NCBI GenBank assembly: GCA_963924565.1 | Contig: OZ004613.1 | Coordinates: 13,392,001-13,456,000 of the forward strand | Length of the DNA stretch: 64,000 nt | Origin: Ascidiella aspersa | Lineage: Eukaryota | Direction: 5' to 3' | In this document: in pieces, positions 28,858-41,591 of the stretch | Position numbering within the stretch: the stretch's first letter is position 1 | Layout: every line of letters starts with the position of its first letter | Made by a program: the position numbers and the translations under genes | Notes under the pieces: model-generated | Databases searched by the model: none | Told to the model about the DNA's origin: nothing | The model's input: only the letters and a program-made list of their open reading frames with translations

Positions 28858-31042
28858 GTTTTTTTTTAAATAATTATTGCTCCAAAATGCACAAGTTTTG
28901 CAACTATAAAAGCGAGACCAAAAATATAAGTAAACCCTGGGCACTGCTCTCCACTTTTTAAGTACTGTAACAAAGTGGGACTAATTGAAATTTTAAGAAA
29001 AAATAAATATGGAAGGATAAAAATAAAATAAATCTCGACGCACCCAAACCCAAACGCTAACTCGCACCTTAACCCAAATGATCCTCTTAATATATACTCC
29101 CGATGAAAAAAGTGGTAGAGTTAGATACCAGCGCCCACCATCTTTCATCTGAGCGTCTTCCGATTTAAGTAACCGTGAAAACACGCCATGAGCCTTATAT
29201 AATCAGTCAGCAGTTTACCGCGGTGTTTACCGAAACTAATTCCAAGCAGTGGAACTTCACCCGTGTGATTTTTGGAAATGGGTCGTAAACCTTGTTTACA
29301 GTCTGTGTCATCAGAAGGTTACTACAAGTCCAACAAACACATTTCAAAAAGTACCAAGGATTCGTAATTTTTTTATGAAATGTAAGCAAAACTTTTCATG
29401 ACATTTATGTGAATAGCTTACAAATAATACCCTTAATATTTTAATAACTTAGTAACCTCATTTGCAGCTGAAGGGTTCGGATAAATTTGGCAATGTTTAT
29501 CGTTTCCTAAAACATGACCTTGGGTTTTCTAAAATTCGACCTTGACGTTCAGCTTAACCATATAACCACAAGGCAAGCAATCACACGGTGATTTTGCTAA
29601 ACAAATTGATTGTCAGATACCTAAAGTCGCCCTACATGTAATAATATACGAGATACCACCAATACGAAAAATGAAGCTGTGGACAAAAATGAGGATTACA
29701 CACACAATATTTTAATACTGCGGCAATTTATGAATTGCATTATTTTTCAGAAAATACAACTTATTTAGATAAAACACGTTGTACAGATTAATCTAAACGT
29801 GACATGTAACATGGGCTCCAGTTTGGTCTATACCAGAAGTTGTCAAACTGTGCGTCGCGACGCCCCGCAAGTCCAATGCCTTTTTTCACAAAGGCGTCGC
29901 AAGAAAAAAAGTTGTAGGACCGGTGATTTATGATAAAGATTCTATATCGTAAATTCTATATCGTCAGATTGCCAAAATTTCAGTTTTCTAATGCTGGGTA
30001 ATGGGTATGGTTACTTTAAGCTGGTATATCGTGTTAGTCGAAACGCGCTGGTAAAAAACTTGCAGAAAATGCAACACACTAATCTCATATATTTCTCTAA
30101 ACATTTCGATAAACCAAAACAAGAAAAAAACCCTAAACAAAAAACAAGTTAGGCCTATTTTCGTCCTAAATGTGAATTGGAATGTTTTACGTGGTGTCGG
30201 ATTTTTCGTCTCTTGTTTGCTTAACAATGTTTTGTACGGGTGCCGGAAAGGTTGTCAAAATGTAACAATTGTCTTACGTTGTGTTATTGTTACGGTGCAT
30301 TAAATGTTTCGTTGGAAAGCAGTTATTTTGTCTAGTTTAGGACAACGTTTTGTAACGAAAACTTTGCCCTGCAAACATAAAAGGTTAAAAAATACTTTAC
30401 ATGTTCAGGAAAATAATAGCCTAATTTTTAATGTGAAAAAGTTGACGACAACGTTTGACTGGCGAGTAGCAGATCTTGTATTGGGCGACGTAGGGCTTAA
30501 CAGGTGGTATCGCGTCCATAAACGTCGTTGTCAGTTAAAAATAAATTGCATACGAATTTAGAACTATCTTAAATTATAAAACACTTTTGCTTGCGGTGAC
30601 ATCAAATTCTATGGCGTTATTAAATCTAGAATTAGGAATACTTCCATAAATCTTCACGTAGACTTTTTAGTCAGGCTAATATAATGTAACTTTTGTGATT
30701 TGAGACAATCTTCGATTTATTCATTTGTTTCAACAACTCAATCTATTTGTTTGGACTTTTATGTAATTGTTTCTGTTTTAACCTATTTGTCATGTATACT
30801 GTATTATGCTTGACCTTTTATTTCCACTCACGTTTAATTCCACTCACAACATTGATATTCAAACTAAAGGGAAAAAATTAAACAAACAAAACGGCGGGTA
30901 AGTTCATTACCGTTAATTCCTTATTCATATACCATAGGACAGTGTTTCACAGTCGTTTATACCTGGCGGCACCCCTCAGAAATAATATATAGATTGCGGC
31001 AACCTTACAAGATTTTTTTGTTAGAAGCCTAATGCTGTAGAC

Positions 31043-31407
31043 CAGGGGTTCTTAACCAGGGCTACGTGTACCCCTTGGTGTCAAGAATAACCAAAGCATG
31101 GGGTACGACATGCAGTATGAAGTTATGTGCTATTTAGGCATATTTGTGAAGAATGCGTAATTTACGAAAAGCAACAACAAAAAACCATTAGTAAAACGAC
31201 TGATTGTCCGTGTGCTGTAAATATTGTTGAACTTTCAAGACTGTATTTAATACATGCATTCAACACGCAACGTATAAATACATTGATTTTAATTCCCATT
31301 ATTACAAATTTATACACTTCCGTCGACCATGGCAGGCAGGGGGTAGGCTGCGAGAAAACTTCATGAAAGCTCAAAGTATATGAGCGCCAAAAGGTTAAGA
31401 TAAACTG
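31043..31407. mobile_element. hAT MITE
   Basis: TIRs CAGGGGTTCTTAACC / GGTTAAGATAAACTG; flanks CTGTAGAC / TTGTAGTC. Confidence 0.7.
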
Positions 31408-31437
31408 TTGTAGTCTCTAGACTCTAAACTGCTGCAG

Positions 31438-31620
31438 ATTCTAGATATGTCAAGCCATCAGGGCCTGATGCGGAATGGTATCTGGCATTTCGTCCAATGG
31501 AGTGCCATTCTGTTCAGCAGATTTTCGACAGACTGGTACTGTACAGCATTGAGAAGGGTATCAATCCTGCCGATTGCCATAGCAAGAGTTATGACAATGC
31601 GCCCAACGAGAGTAAAGGCA
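31438..31620 (+). pseudogene. hAT (ZMYM1/Tip100-like) transposase core fragment
   Basis: Translates RYVKPSGP...YLAFRPMECHSVQQIFDRLVLYSIEKGINPADCHSKSYDNAPN, matching the RYV...ERFL...C.GQSYDNA.NM motif. Confidence 0.7.
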
Positions 31621-32477
31621 TTTGTCAAAAAAAAGCCAGCTTGTAACTGGCAAATAAAATAATATTGTTTTTTGTACTAAATGGTGCGCTCATGTGTGGA
31701 ATTAAAAATTATTATTTTAAATGCTGATTTCGGATGGACTTCGATATAGTCAACCCGATAGAATTAACTTTTATTTCTTTTTATTTGGTAATATATGCAA
31801 GGAATTAGTGCGTTGTACTTATTCAACAGCTGTATATAAGTATTTTATTTATTAAAGCAATAATCGGTAGACAAAATACAGTATTTTTCGCTTTATTGGT
31901 GTTATATTTACGCCACTTATTCATGTTACCTCAAACTACCACAAGGAAATTTTTATCTATTTATTATTTATATTCTAAATCCCTGTTTTAATAATAATTT
32001 GATTAAAATAATTTACTAGGGTAAACACAGTAAGACTTTATTTAAAAAAGCTGGAGTTATATCGCTGGAAAACACAAATATATCGAATTTTACAAAAATA
32101 CAATAAAAGTCCTCAGGAAATTCTTATCCTTTCGCAATTTCTCACCTGAAGGTGTTAATCAATGCGCTTCGAAAAAGATGAACTCCGAACTGTAACAATT
32201 TCCTTCCACCTTTTCGAAGTGAGGTTGAATGCATCTTAGTCACATTCAATAAAAATGGTACAAGCGTTTATTACGATAATGTCGGCTTTCGCGACCTATA
32301 TTTGGCTAAAGCAATAATTTTACGCAATTTTTAAGGTTCATTTGCAGATTTTAGTTTACCTGTTTGGAATTGCGTAAACACAATCTCTTTAAAAGGCTTT
32401 TTTTAATTCGTTCTTGATACACGTCAAAGATGAATGAAGCCAATTTTGCGCGGTCAACAGATTATTTTCCCCTAATC

Positions 32478-33034
32478 CAGCGTTTCTCAACCGGTGCGCC
32501 ATGAAAGGCTGCCAGGTGCGCCGCGAGCAAAATGAAAAAATAACGTAGGTCCTATTGTATAAAACATATTTTTTTTTACTTTCCTATTAGGCTTAGCTCA
32601 TTGATTCCACAAGCCTTTCAAGTAGAAAACGCAATAAGACCTACAAAGCAACAATATCTAAATCAGATAATTAATCTATAATAGGCTACCATAGCAGGCC
32701 TATTAAGACCAGCGACATAATAACGCCAAATTCGCATCAATGACCACGACAGAATAATATTTAAAGTAGTCTAGATAAGACCTAAACATGTCGAAGCAAG
32801 TCCAAAATGAATCGGAATAAGACTTAAATGGACAAAATATCGTTTTTAGTCAGGCTGAAGTCCCTTTAAAAATATACAACTATAAAACCTATATAATAAA
32901 AAAATTGCAGGCCATTTAAGAGAAATACCTGTACACCTAAAAAATTTCGCGCTCGCTTTGCTCGCAAGGTGCGCCGCCATGTTTTTATACGTCTCTAGGT
33001 GCGCCCCCGAGTAAAAAAAGGTTAAGAAACACTG
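32478..33034. mobile_element. hAT MITE
   Basis: TIRs CAGCGTTTCTCAACC / GGTTAAGAAACACTG; TSD CCCTAATC / CCCCAATC. Confidence 0.8.
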
Positions 33035-34020
33035 CCCCAATCTATGCTGGACACTTTACTTTGGTATAACTTCGATAAAGAATACGTTCGATGCTCCGTA
33101 GTTCGCCACCACAAAAAGTTATTCGTTTAAAATCGTTTTGTGCTCCATCAGCTGCAATTCTTCCAGGGTATTACCAAAAAGATCGACGATCTCGTATATA
33201 CCTGTCCCTTGGTATTGCAAAACTTTTTTTTAAAGAAGTCGCAACCATAAGTCTAAAATCATCCCGGGCAGCAAAAATAACAAGAAAGCCTATTTTTATT
33301 CTCCGAAATTAAATGGCTATTTCATTAGTGGTTAAGTTGGATTTCAGTTGATAAATGATGGGTTTAACAAGAACTTACAGACAGGAACTCAGATAGACGC
33401 TTGTCCTTATTTCTAGCAAGTAGTAAACGCCTTCTTCAGCTAAATGCATCAAAATGATTAAATTGGTTTAGTTATATGTGTACATGTTTAAGCATATATT
33501 TGGGAAAAGCTATTAAAAGACAATATTTAATATTTTTTTAACTGATCGTTTGGGTAGTTTTAATTGCTATTTGTCACGAGATATTCTTATGGCTAACTGA
33601 AGGTTCGTGTGGTGTTTCCATGTCTAGTTTTGTTTTTACAAAATCTGAGCATTCTGTCATATGTATTTGGTTGGACCGTCGAAAAGATGTTGACTGTCTG
33701 CTCTTAGGCCAAAAAATTCTGATTTTCTGAAAGAAGTTGGTGTAAAACAAGAATATTAAGCTTTGTTCACCATTACTATATTGCGAATAGTTTGGGCCGC
33801 CGCTGTTTAGGCACCGGATAGTCAGGAGAGTTAGCGATGAAGTTAGGGGTGGGGCGTACAGGATTGGGTCTATAAATCGGTCATTTTGCGACGGGTAAAG
33901 TTTGTTTTGATTTAACTACGAATATTAGATATTATTTATATTTTGGTCTTACAGTATTTTAAAGTTGAGATCAATTCGCAAACCTTATTTCTTGATTAAA
34001 TATTTTCGAGCACATAAAAG

Positions 34021-35103
34021 AGTGATGGTATATATTTGGGGCACATTTAAAGTAATTGACATCGAAAAGACGCAAATTCATTACATACTGGGCCTTTGTT
34101 GGTGCATACATAATCGATGTTAAGGGAAAACACGTTTTTTCACTACATTCAAATTATTCCGGTTGACCGGACGAAATATCAGAACATAAGTTTCTTGGCC
34201 ACGCAGAATGTGGCTAGAAGACCTATAGAACAGGGATGTCCAACCTGCGGCCCGCCTGATATTTACGTGCGGCCCACCACTTATTTTTACTTTCTGAAAA
34301 ACAATTGTTTCGACTATCATCAAAAAGTGTAGAACGCGCAGTATTTGATGTAGGCCTAATCTTATGTTTTTTCTGTGACTAGAAGTCTAATGTCGCATTT
34401 CAACATCCGCCGAACACTTTGTGCACCCATCATTGCTAAGTAAGATGTGTGCTTTTCCGGACCGTTTCCAAACATGAAAAAACTCAAATTTTCGCGCTTC
34501 GCCATAACAAAAAAAAAATAAGGTCGAGATTACTTGCAAATTTGCGCATGAGTTCACTCTCGAAGAGCGGGTGTTTATATGTTAGGTTGTTTTATGACGT
34601 CACGATATGACGTCATCCCTTTAATTTGAGAGGTTTTGCCGCCCATCGAAATTTTTAAAGTGACAATGCGGCCCTTTCCTTTCTAAGGTTGGACATCCCT
34701 GCCCTAGAACATCTGTAATAAAATTTTCCTGCCTCAAAATAGTGCAAAAATTGTTTTAAAAACAACACCTAGACATTTGTCTCCGTTAATAGATTGGTAA
34801 AGAAGTTATTTATTAGAAATGCGCTGAGTCAAACTTTCATTCCCGTAAACACAAAAGGAAGTTCCTCGAAAACCATATATAGTCACGTGATTAACAACCT
34901 TTGCCTAACAAAAGTTCAAATTCGGGTCAATATTAAAAAGGCTTCTGACCTTAATCAGTAACATTCGCAGGTGGGGCATGTGATAAAATTCTTGCGCAAC
35001 TTGCCGAGTTTTATTTCCGTTTTTAATATAATGTTAGCCGCGCTGTTTCGTCCAGGCTTGTCCGGGGAATGTTGGGGGGTCGTAACAAACAGGCTTCGTT
35101 ACG
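34021..35103 (+). repeat. Diverged duplicate (copy 1) of the non-coding block at 40326-40906, interrupted by a MITE
   Basis: Collinear shared segments, e.g. TATATTTGGGGCACATTTAAAGTAATTGACATC, TTCCGGTTGACCGGACGAAAT, GCGCTGAGTCAAAC, GTCACGTGATTAAC, TCCAGGCTTGTCCGGGGAA. Confidence 0.85.
34231..34701. mobile_element. hAT MITE inserted in duplicate copy 1
   Basis: Perfect 16-bp TIR CAGGGATGTCCAACCT / AGGTTGGACATCCCTG; flanks CTATAGAA / CCCTAGAA; absent at the matching position (~40521) of copy 2. Confidence 0.88.
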
Positions 35104-35332
35104 TTTCGAATCCTGAAAGTTACAACTTTTAAAAGACTTTCTTACAGTTGAAAAACATCCTTGATGTGCAAACAAATATATTTTCTTATCGACATTGTAA
35201 TTCGATTAATTATATCTTTAAGGAAACGAGGTACTATACCAAAAATCATATGGTAAATAGCCAAACCGGAAATGAACGTATTATTTGGAGAATGTGCGAA
35301 AAAACATGCGCCCTATGGCATCTCTCCAGACC

Positions 35333-35647
35333 ACGTTTCCTATAACATTGACGATTTGTGACGCATTTATCTATGTATGATTGTACCAGAGAGAGATTAT
35401 TTTCAAAATTGAAGTTGATTAAAATTAACTGCAACACACAATGGGGGAAGAGCGGCTATTACTATTTAACTCTTTTGAATATAGAAAATGACGTTCTGAA
35501 GTCAATAAACTCATGAAATAATAACCATATTTGCAAGATTGAAATGCATAGAAAGACCTTTAAATGACACATTTAAAGTTTTATAGTTCTCCTGGTAGAT
35601 AAAAATCAATCTGCTACAGGCCCCGAATTTGGTTAACCCGGCACTGC
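35333..35647 (+). pseudogene. hAT transposase C-terminal dimerisation-domain relic plus probable element end
   Basis: Frameshifted peptides RIYLCMIV, ERLFSKLKLIK, TMGEERL, LLNIENDVLKSIN; ends AACCCGGCACTG. Confidence 0.72.
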
Positions 35648-36081
35648 CGTCACGATAAAGCGTCAGCACGGTTGCGATCTCGTCCTTTTATGATTGGTTG
35701 ACTATAAGGCGGAATTAGAAGTTCGGTTCTACAGGCTTTTAACAAAATCGAGGATTTTAAACCAGTCCACGACATTCGCCTAATAGCTTATAGATTTGGA
35801 AACGCTTTCCTACCCAACATGCCATTAACGATGTCAGTTAACTACGGTATGAGTTAAAAAGTTAAATAGCCTTTCTATTATAGCTTTGTCTTACTCCGCT
35901 TATAGTTGAAGGTTTTGTACAGCCAACTGAAAACATAAACATAAACAACAAATTACAATAGAAAACGAAAAATTACGAAAATAATTGCTTCAGCTTCAAA
36001 CTGACAAATATATTAATGTTAGTTTTTTGTACTAAACGATGCAGTCACGAGTGAAATTAAAATAATTATTAGAAACGTCAA

Positions 36082-39000
36082 TGTAGAAACCAAGCTTTGC
36101 GATACTCACCACTTTCTATTAATTGCTTGTGTCTACAGGGACAAAAGCGAGTGTACAATTTTCGCACAGTAGAAAGCAAAATTCGTTATAGAAACGGTGC
36201 AGGTTTCCTGTAAGACGAAAAATGAAATGTTTAGCGCACAATATTTCATATACAAACAAAAAGGTTGCCAAAAACATACCAAAGTTTGATGTCTGGCGTT
36301 CATAGGAAGTTCGTGTTGAAGCTGGTGCCGACTGCACCATGCACCGAAAAACAAGAGTTTATATAGCAACTAAATGGGCCAAGCCCCAAAGGCTAGAAGC
36401 TAAAAGCATTCTTGACGTGGAAGGTGCGCAGTACCGCGCCTAATTGGGGATTGTGCCTATGCGATGCGTCGCGCCATTATGCGCGCGCAAAAAACGAAAA
36501 ATGGAGCAATGACGAAAGGGAAAAAACTTCCAAACTCCCCCCCAAAAATAGGATACGATAAGTAACGTATTTTTTATAAAAAAAAAACAAAGTTTTGCCT
36601 TTCGCGGCTAGCGTAATGTTTGTGCTACGGAGGTAGCGTGGAGTTTTGCTACCCTGGGAGTAGCATGGATGGACATAGGGGATCACCGTTGTCGATAATC
36701 GTCACTGGTCATCGTCTGCGGCTGCTGGTAGTATGACGCAAAGTTTTGCGATTGGTCGCGTCAAAGTTTCTCCAGATGTGGTCACATCAATGCTGCGATC
36801 AACTAACTCCATTTGTGTCTTTAACGACACGGCCCAAGGCCAACGACCCCGAGGAGTGGAGTGGTCCATTATTAAAACGATGTCTTTCTGTCGTAAGTTT
36901 GCGTTCCTGTCTAGCCACTTTCCTCTTGTAATTATGGTACGTGGATACTCAACCACCCCGCGCCTTCAAAATTCATCGGCGTCGTACTGTACCAGTCGGT
37001 AGCGGTCACGAGCGGCGGAAGGCCGATCGCCGGGTTAATCTTCAGCCAGTGATTTGGAGTAAGAGGTAGGTCTTCTCCAGCTTCCAAGGGAACTTTCGTC
37101 AAAGGGCGGGAGTTGACGACATCTTAAATTTCTATGAACAGTGTGTGCATTTCGTCGATTACGTAGAAACCTTCCAAACATTGTGTGCGCTACTTCAGGA
37201 TAAAATAGTTTACCGAACTGTTTGGCGGTTTGGCGCAAACAGAATGTTGCACAGCTGGGAGAAAATCGGGCGCCAAAAATATGGACGGTCATGCGATGTG
37301 GTCAGGGCATTTTGGACATATCTCCTCCTGGTGGACAAAGGAACCGCAGAGCGTCACGGTCTCGAGGCGTGACAAATACTTTCATTAGCATATCTTTGAT
37401 GACGATCCCCTGCCATCTTGCAGCGCAGTCAAAGACGACTCAAACCTTGTCCGACTTCCGTGGATTTATGACTGGTTGGTGTGGTAAATACCAAGTGCGT
37501 TGCTTCGTATCAATTTGATCGGCGGATACTTCTTCTCATTTGTTCGACGTATTGTTGGCGAAGCCTTGCGTCGTTCGATAAGCGTTTCTTTAAACTTTTC
37601 AAACGTCGACGTGCCATCTGCATACTGTCACGAGAGGATTGCAGAGTCTTTCTTCCATGAAAGAGGGAGCTGGAAGTGGCCGTTTAACAGTTCCACCAGT
37701 CTAAACATCATGTTGTAAGCTACAACATCTTCTCTGGAATACTGCAAACGAATTCGGCCGCTTTCTTGTGGTTACTTATTCAGAGCATGAAAGAATCCAT
37801 GTGCGTTACGTCGGTTTCGTGTGGCGAGGGAATAACTTCTCCCTCGTCATTGACAAGAGCGCTTGCGAGTTCGTCTAATTCACGTGGTATTCCAGATGTT
37901 CGCAACAGGAAGTTAGCGCTAGCCTCGGTTGATGGAATCGCGAGTGAAGGTTTCTTTAATAACCATCCCAAGGGCGTCTTGATAGCGTCTGGGAGATGAC
38001 GAGGGTTTGGTGCAAAACGAATTTCCAGGCATCGATGAACTAGGGCGTTTTCTTTGCCGATCAGTAGCATTACCGATCTGCCAGTAATGCGTGGCAAATT
38101 AACACCGCGGAGGTATTCATGCCGATCCAATTCGTATTGATGTGGGACAACAGTTGGCCTTGCGGGAGTTCGGTCAATGAGCAACACTTCTGGTAAAAAG
38201 ATCTTGCCACTGCCTTCCTAGGGGCGTATTGAGAACGATATTGAAGCTGCATGGACTTGCTGCTCTTCGGAACCCAACGTGCTTAGGTGGATGCTTGTTG
38301 GCCTTTCAGGAGATATAGCGTTCAATAAGCTGGCCAGCTTTCGTTCGCAAAATGTTGTGTTAGAACCAGAATCCAATAGCGCATAAGTTTGAACCTCTTT
38401 GTCTTTGTGGCGAACGCATATTGGAACCACGTCTAGATATGCAGGCATTTGCTTCTTCGTTTCTATATCCTTCGATAAAGAATGTAGGCAGCTACTTAGT
38501 GCAAAGCTTAGATGAGCTGGAATGTTCAGTTTTGACAAAATGCAATAAGAAATGATAATAACGGCTTTTGCAGCCACCCCGACTGCAAGTGACTTCAATG
38601 CGACATTTTCGAACAGTATGGCCGATACGTAGGCATCTGTAGCAGCGAAATGCAGTTCGTAAGTACTCTTTGCGGTCGGAGATGGCCTTTCGACGAATTT
38701 CTTCGCAATTCTCCAGGCGATGGGATCACAAAGCGGGCATTATCGAACAGCCTCGCTCTCAGTAGAAGTTGGTGCGACGACGGTGGTGTAAGTTGTAGCA
38801 AACTGTCTGTTAGATTTGGAGCTGGCGGCTTTGTTGCGAGGAGGGGCGACATCTTTGTTGTGTTGATCCGACAAATAGAAAAGAATTCTTCCAGGTTGAG
38901 TTGGCCTCTTTACTCTGGAGGTTGACAAATTCGGAAAAGTCTGAACGGTGCAACTCGACCGGTTGTATTTTGTACTTGTAGAGAAAAGGTTACTCATCGC

Positions 39001-39810
39001 TCCTGCAATTTAGTTGGCAATTTTGCCGCTATGGTCTATATATAGCCGACAGAATCCACTGTAGAGGCGCCGTGTATTTGCTCAAGAGAGGCGAAGCAGT
39101 TGGTTAGAAGGACGGCAAATTCTTCCAGACCTTCGTCGTCGTTAGCAGCTAGCTTGTGTTGTTCGTTTAGGAGATTTTTTCAACGACGAGCTACTATGTG
39201 TGGCTGCCCGTAGCGGTTGTATAAATCTTGTGGAGTACTTTCAAACCCATCTTCCGGATTCTTATTTACAGCATGATGCTTAACTTTATCGCAAACATGT
39301 TTTGACAGTGCTGCAGAAGATAGTTAAGCTTCAAGTCGAACGAATTTGCCTTCCTGCCAATATGTATAGTGTATCGATTGATGAAGCTCCAATAGTCCTT
39401 TGGATCGCCGTCGAACTTCTCCACTATAGGCTTCGGTAGAAAGCATTCGCCTACTTCACCCCTGCAACAATGATTAGCTGGATCACATGGGCGTGATTCT
39501 GTGTTGTACAAGCTCTCCGTGGGGGCTTGAAGTTCGTGGTTTATTCGGGTCGTGGTTCATTCGGGGGACTATAACGGAAGGTGAGACGAAATCTAGTCGA
39601 GCGTTGAGTCACGTTGCGGAAATCCGGTTCATGGCTTGTAGTAGAAAAAATCGGAAATGTCGACCGTCCTGACGTCGCAATTGCAGCGGAAGCAGAAAGA
39701 GATGAACGGGAAACATGGACAAAACTAGCCGGACCGCTCAATCTGGGAGTAGAAGAAGATGAAATGTTCGGAAGTTCAGCCAAAATAGTTCTGAAATTCC
39801 TTTGCTTCTG
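36082..39810 (-). mobile_element. Degenerate BEL/Pao LTR retrotransposon, internally deleted, 5' LTR not found
   Basis: Gag PKPIVEKFDGDPKDYWSF (~39400); protease TYALLDSGSNTTF (~38370); RT YLPHQPV..VVFDCAA (~37420-37490) and HIFGARFSPSCA; C-terminal KWLD...DIVLI...PRGRWP...LTRPIAKLC (36702-36956); PPT GGGGGGGAG (~36534-36544); putative 3' LTR ~36082-36533. Confidence 0.85.
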
Positions 39811-40325
39811 AAGAAATCACCCCCAAAAAAGGCTTGGTGCGAAATCAAATACGCGGTTTGTCGTTCTCTATTTGTAAATAGGTTATTTATTTTTTCGTTT
39901 TTAAGCAAAACCTTGGCCCAATTAAAACTATTATTACAGTTTTGAAAATTAATTTTGGTTTCAGTTGAAGTAATTTCATTAACAATGTGGTATATGGATT
40001 TTAAATTTGATTTTGGCCAATCGAATTCACTGTCAAAATCTTTAATTTTTGTATAATTGTTTAAAACAAATTGCCATGTTTGGTTTGGGTTTGGCCTTTT
40101 AGGATAACCAGTTGCTGAATAAGTTTGGATTTATTTGTCTTATTTTAAATCCAATCTGGTACAATGCCCAGTCGTGAAATATTTGCGATGTTTTTTCTAT
40201 ATTTGTTAGATAGCGTATCCTTTCCAATTGTGCGGCTATTAATTTATTTTCAATATTGATCATTTTCTTTGTTCAGCATATTGTGAACTATATTGTGAAT
40301 AGTGGTGGCATACTATATTGTGAAT

Positions 40326-40906
40326 AGTGGTGATATATATTTGGGGCACATTTAAAGTAATTGACATCAAAAATTCGTAAATTCATAACATACTGTGCAT
40401 TTTTGTGCATACCTAAGCGATGTTAAGTTAATACACGTTTTATTTTACCAAATTCAAAGTATTCCGGTTGACCGGACGAAATTTCAGAACACAAATTTCT
40501 TAGCCACGCAGAATGTGCCAAGAACATCCGTAGGCCTATTAAATTTGCCTTCATCAATATACTGCGGAAATCCTTTTGAAAACAACACACTATAGACATT
40601 TGTCTCCGTTCTTAAAGTCGTAAAGAAGTTATTTATTAGAAAATGCGCTGAGTCAAACTTCCTTTCTGGTAAACACAAGAGAAAGTTCCTCGCAAACCAT
40701 ATACAGTCACGTGATTAACGACCTTTGGCTAACAAAAGTTCAAATTCTGATCAATCTTAAAAAGGCTTCTGACCTTAAACAGTAACTAAAATTCTTGCAC
40801 AGCTTGCCGAGTTTTATTTTCGTGTGCAAAATAATGTTAGCCGCGCTGTTTTGTCCAGGCTTGTCCGGGGAAAGTTGGAGGGTCGTAACAAAAAGGCTTC
40901 GTTACG
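40326..40906 (+). promoter_or_regulatory. Duplicated non-coding block (copy 2) upstream of the alkyl sulfatase; candidate enhancer/promoter
   Basis: Homologous to 34021-35103; shared GCTGAGTCA (40647-40655; TGACTCAGC on minus = ARE/AP-1), GTCACGTGA (40706-40714), AGTTCA and TGACCT half-sites; regulatory role is inferred only. Confidence 0.4.
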
Positions 40907-41591
40907 ATGTGAATCAAACCGAAAATAAACGTATTATTTGGAGAATGTGCGCCTTATAAAAAAAAACATTAGTTAAGTGGTGATGAAAACCTTCAAAGGG
41001 TCATGGTTCAATTTTAATCTTGCCCCACCAAGGAAAATTCGCATAAATCGTAAATTTTAACAATTATTCACTTATGTTGGCAAGAATTTTAAGCGGCCAA
41101 GACTTTGTAGATTTGGAGCCCAAGCACAAGCCCGGATCAAACGATAAGAGAACGCTAATGGATTTTTAGAAAGAATGTAACAGCGTAACCCTTAAAGGAT
41201 AAAAAATAATAGTTTGTTTGCCAACCTTCTTTCCAAACCTTTAACGACCAAAAGATGTGGGGACGTGGAATAGTCGTTAAATTTTAATTTTTCGGATATG
41301 ATTATATAAGATCCGCCTCACGCAGCCAAAACGTACTTTGACGAATTTGGAGTAAGATAAAGGGTTCATTAAATCAGCTTTACCTAAACTGATGTCACTC
41401 ATACTTGATGTCACTTATACGCCATTAACATAAAATGGTCAATCTTAATGTAATGTTTTTTTTATAATAAAAGTTTTTTTTTATTTAAATAAAACAGTTA
41501 ATGGAATACAACCAAATTGCCATTTTTATTTGAATAGTTTACCAATGTAATTCTGTTAAGGTTTCTAGTCTTCCAATAATATAAAATCATA

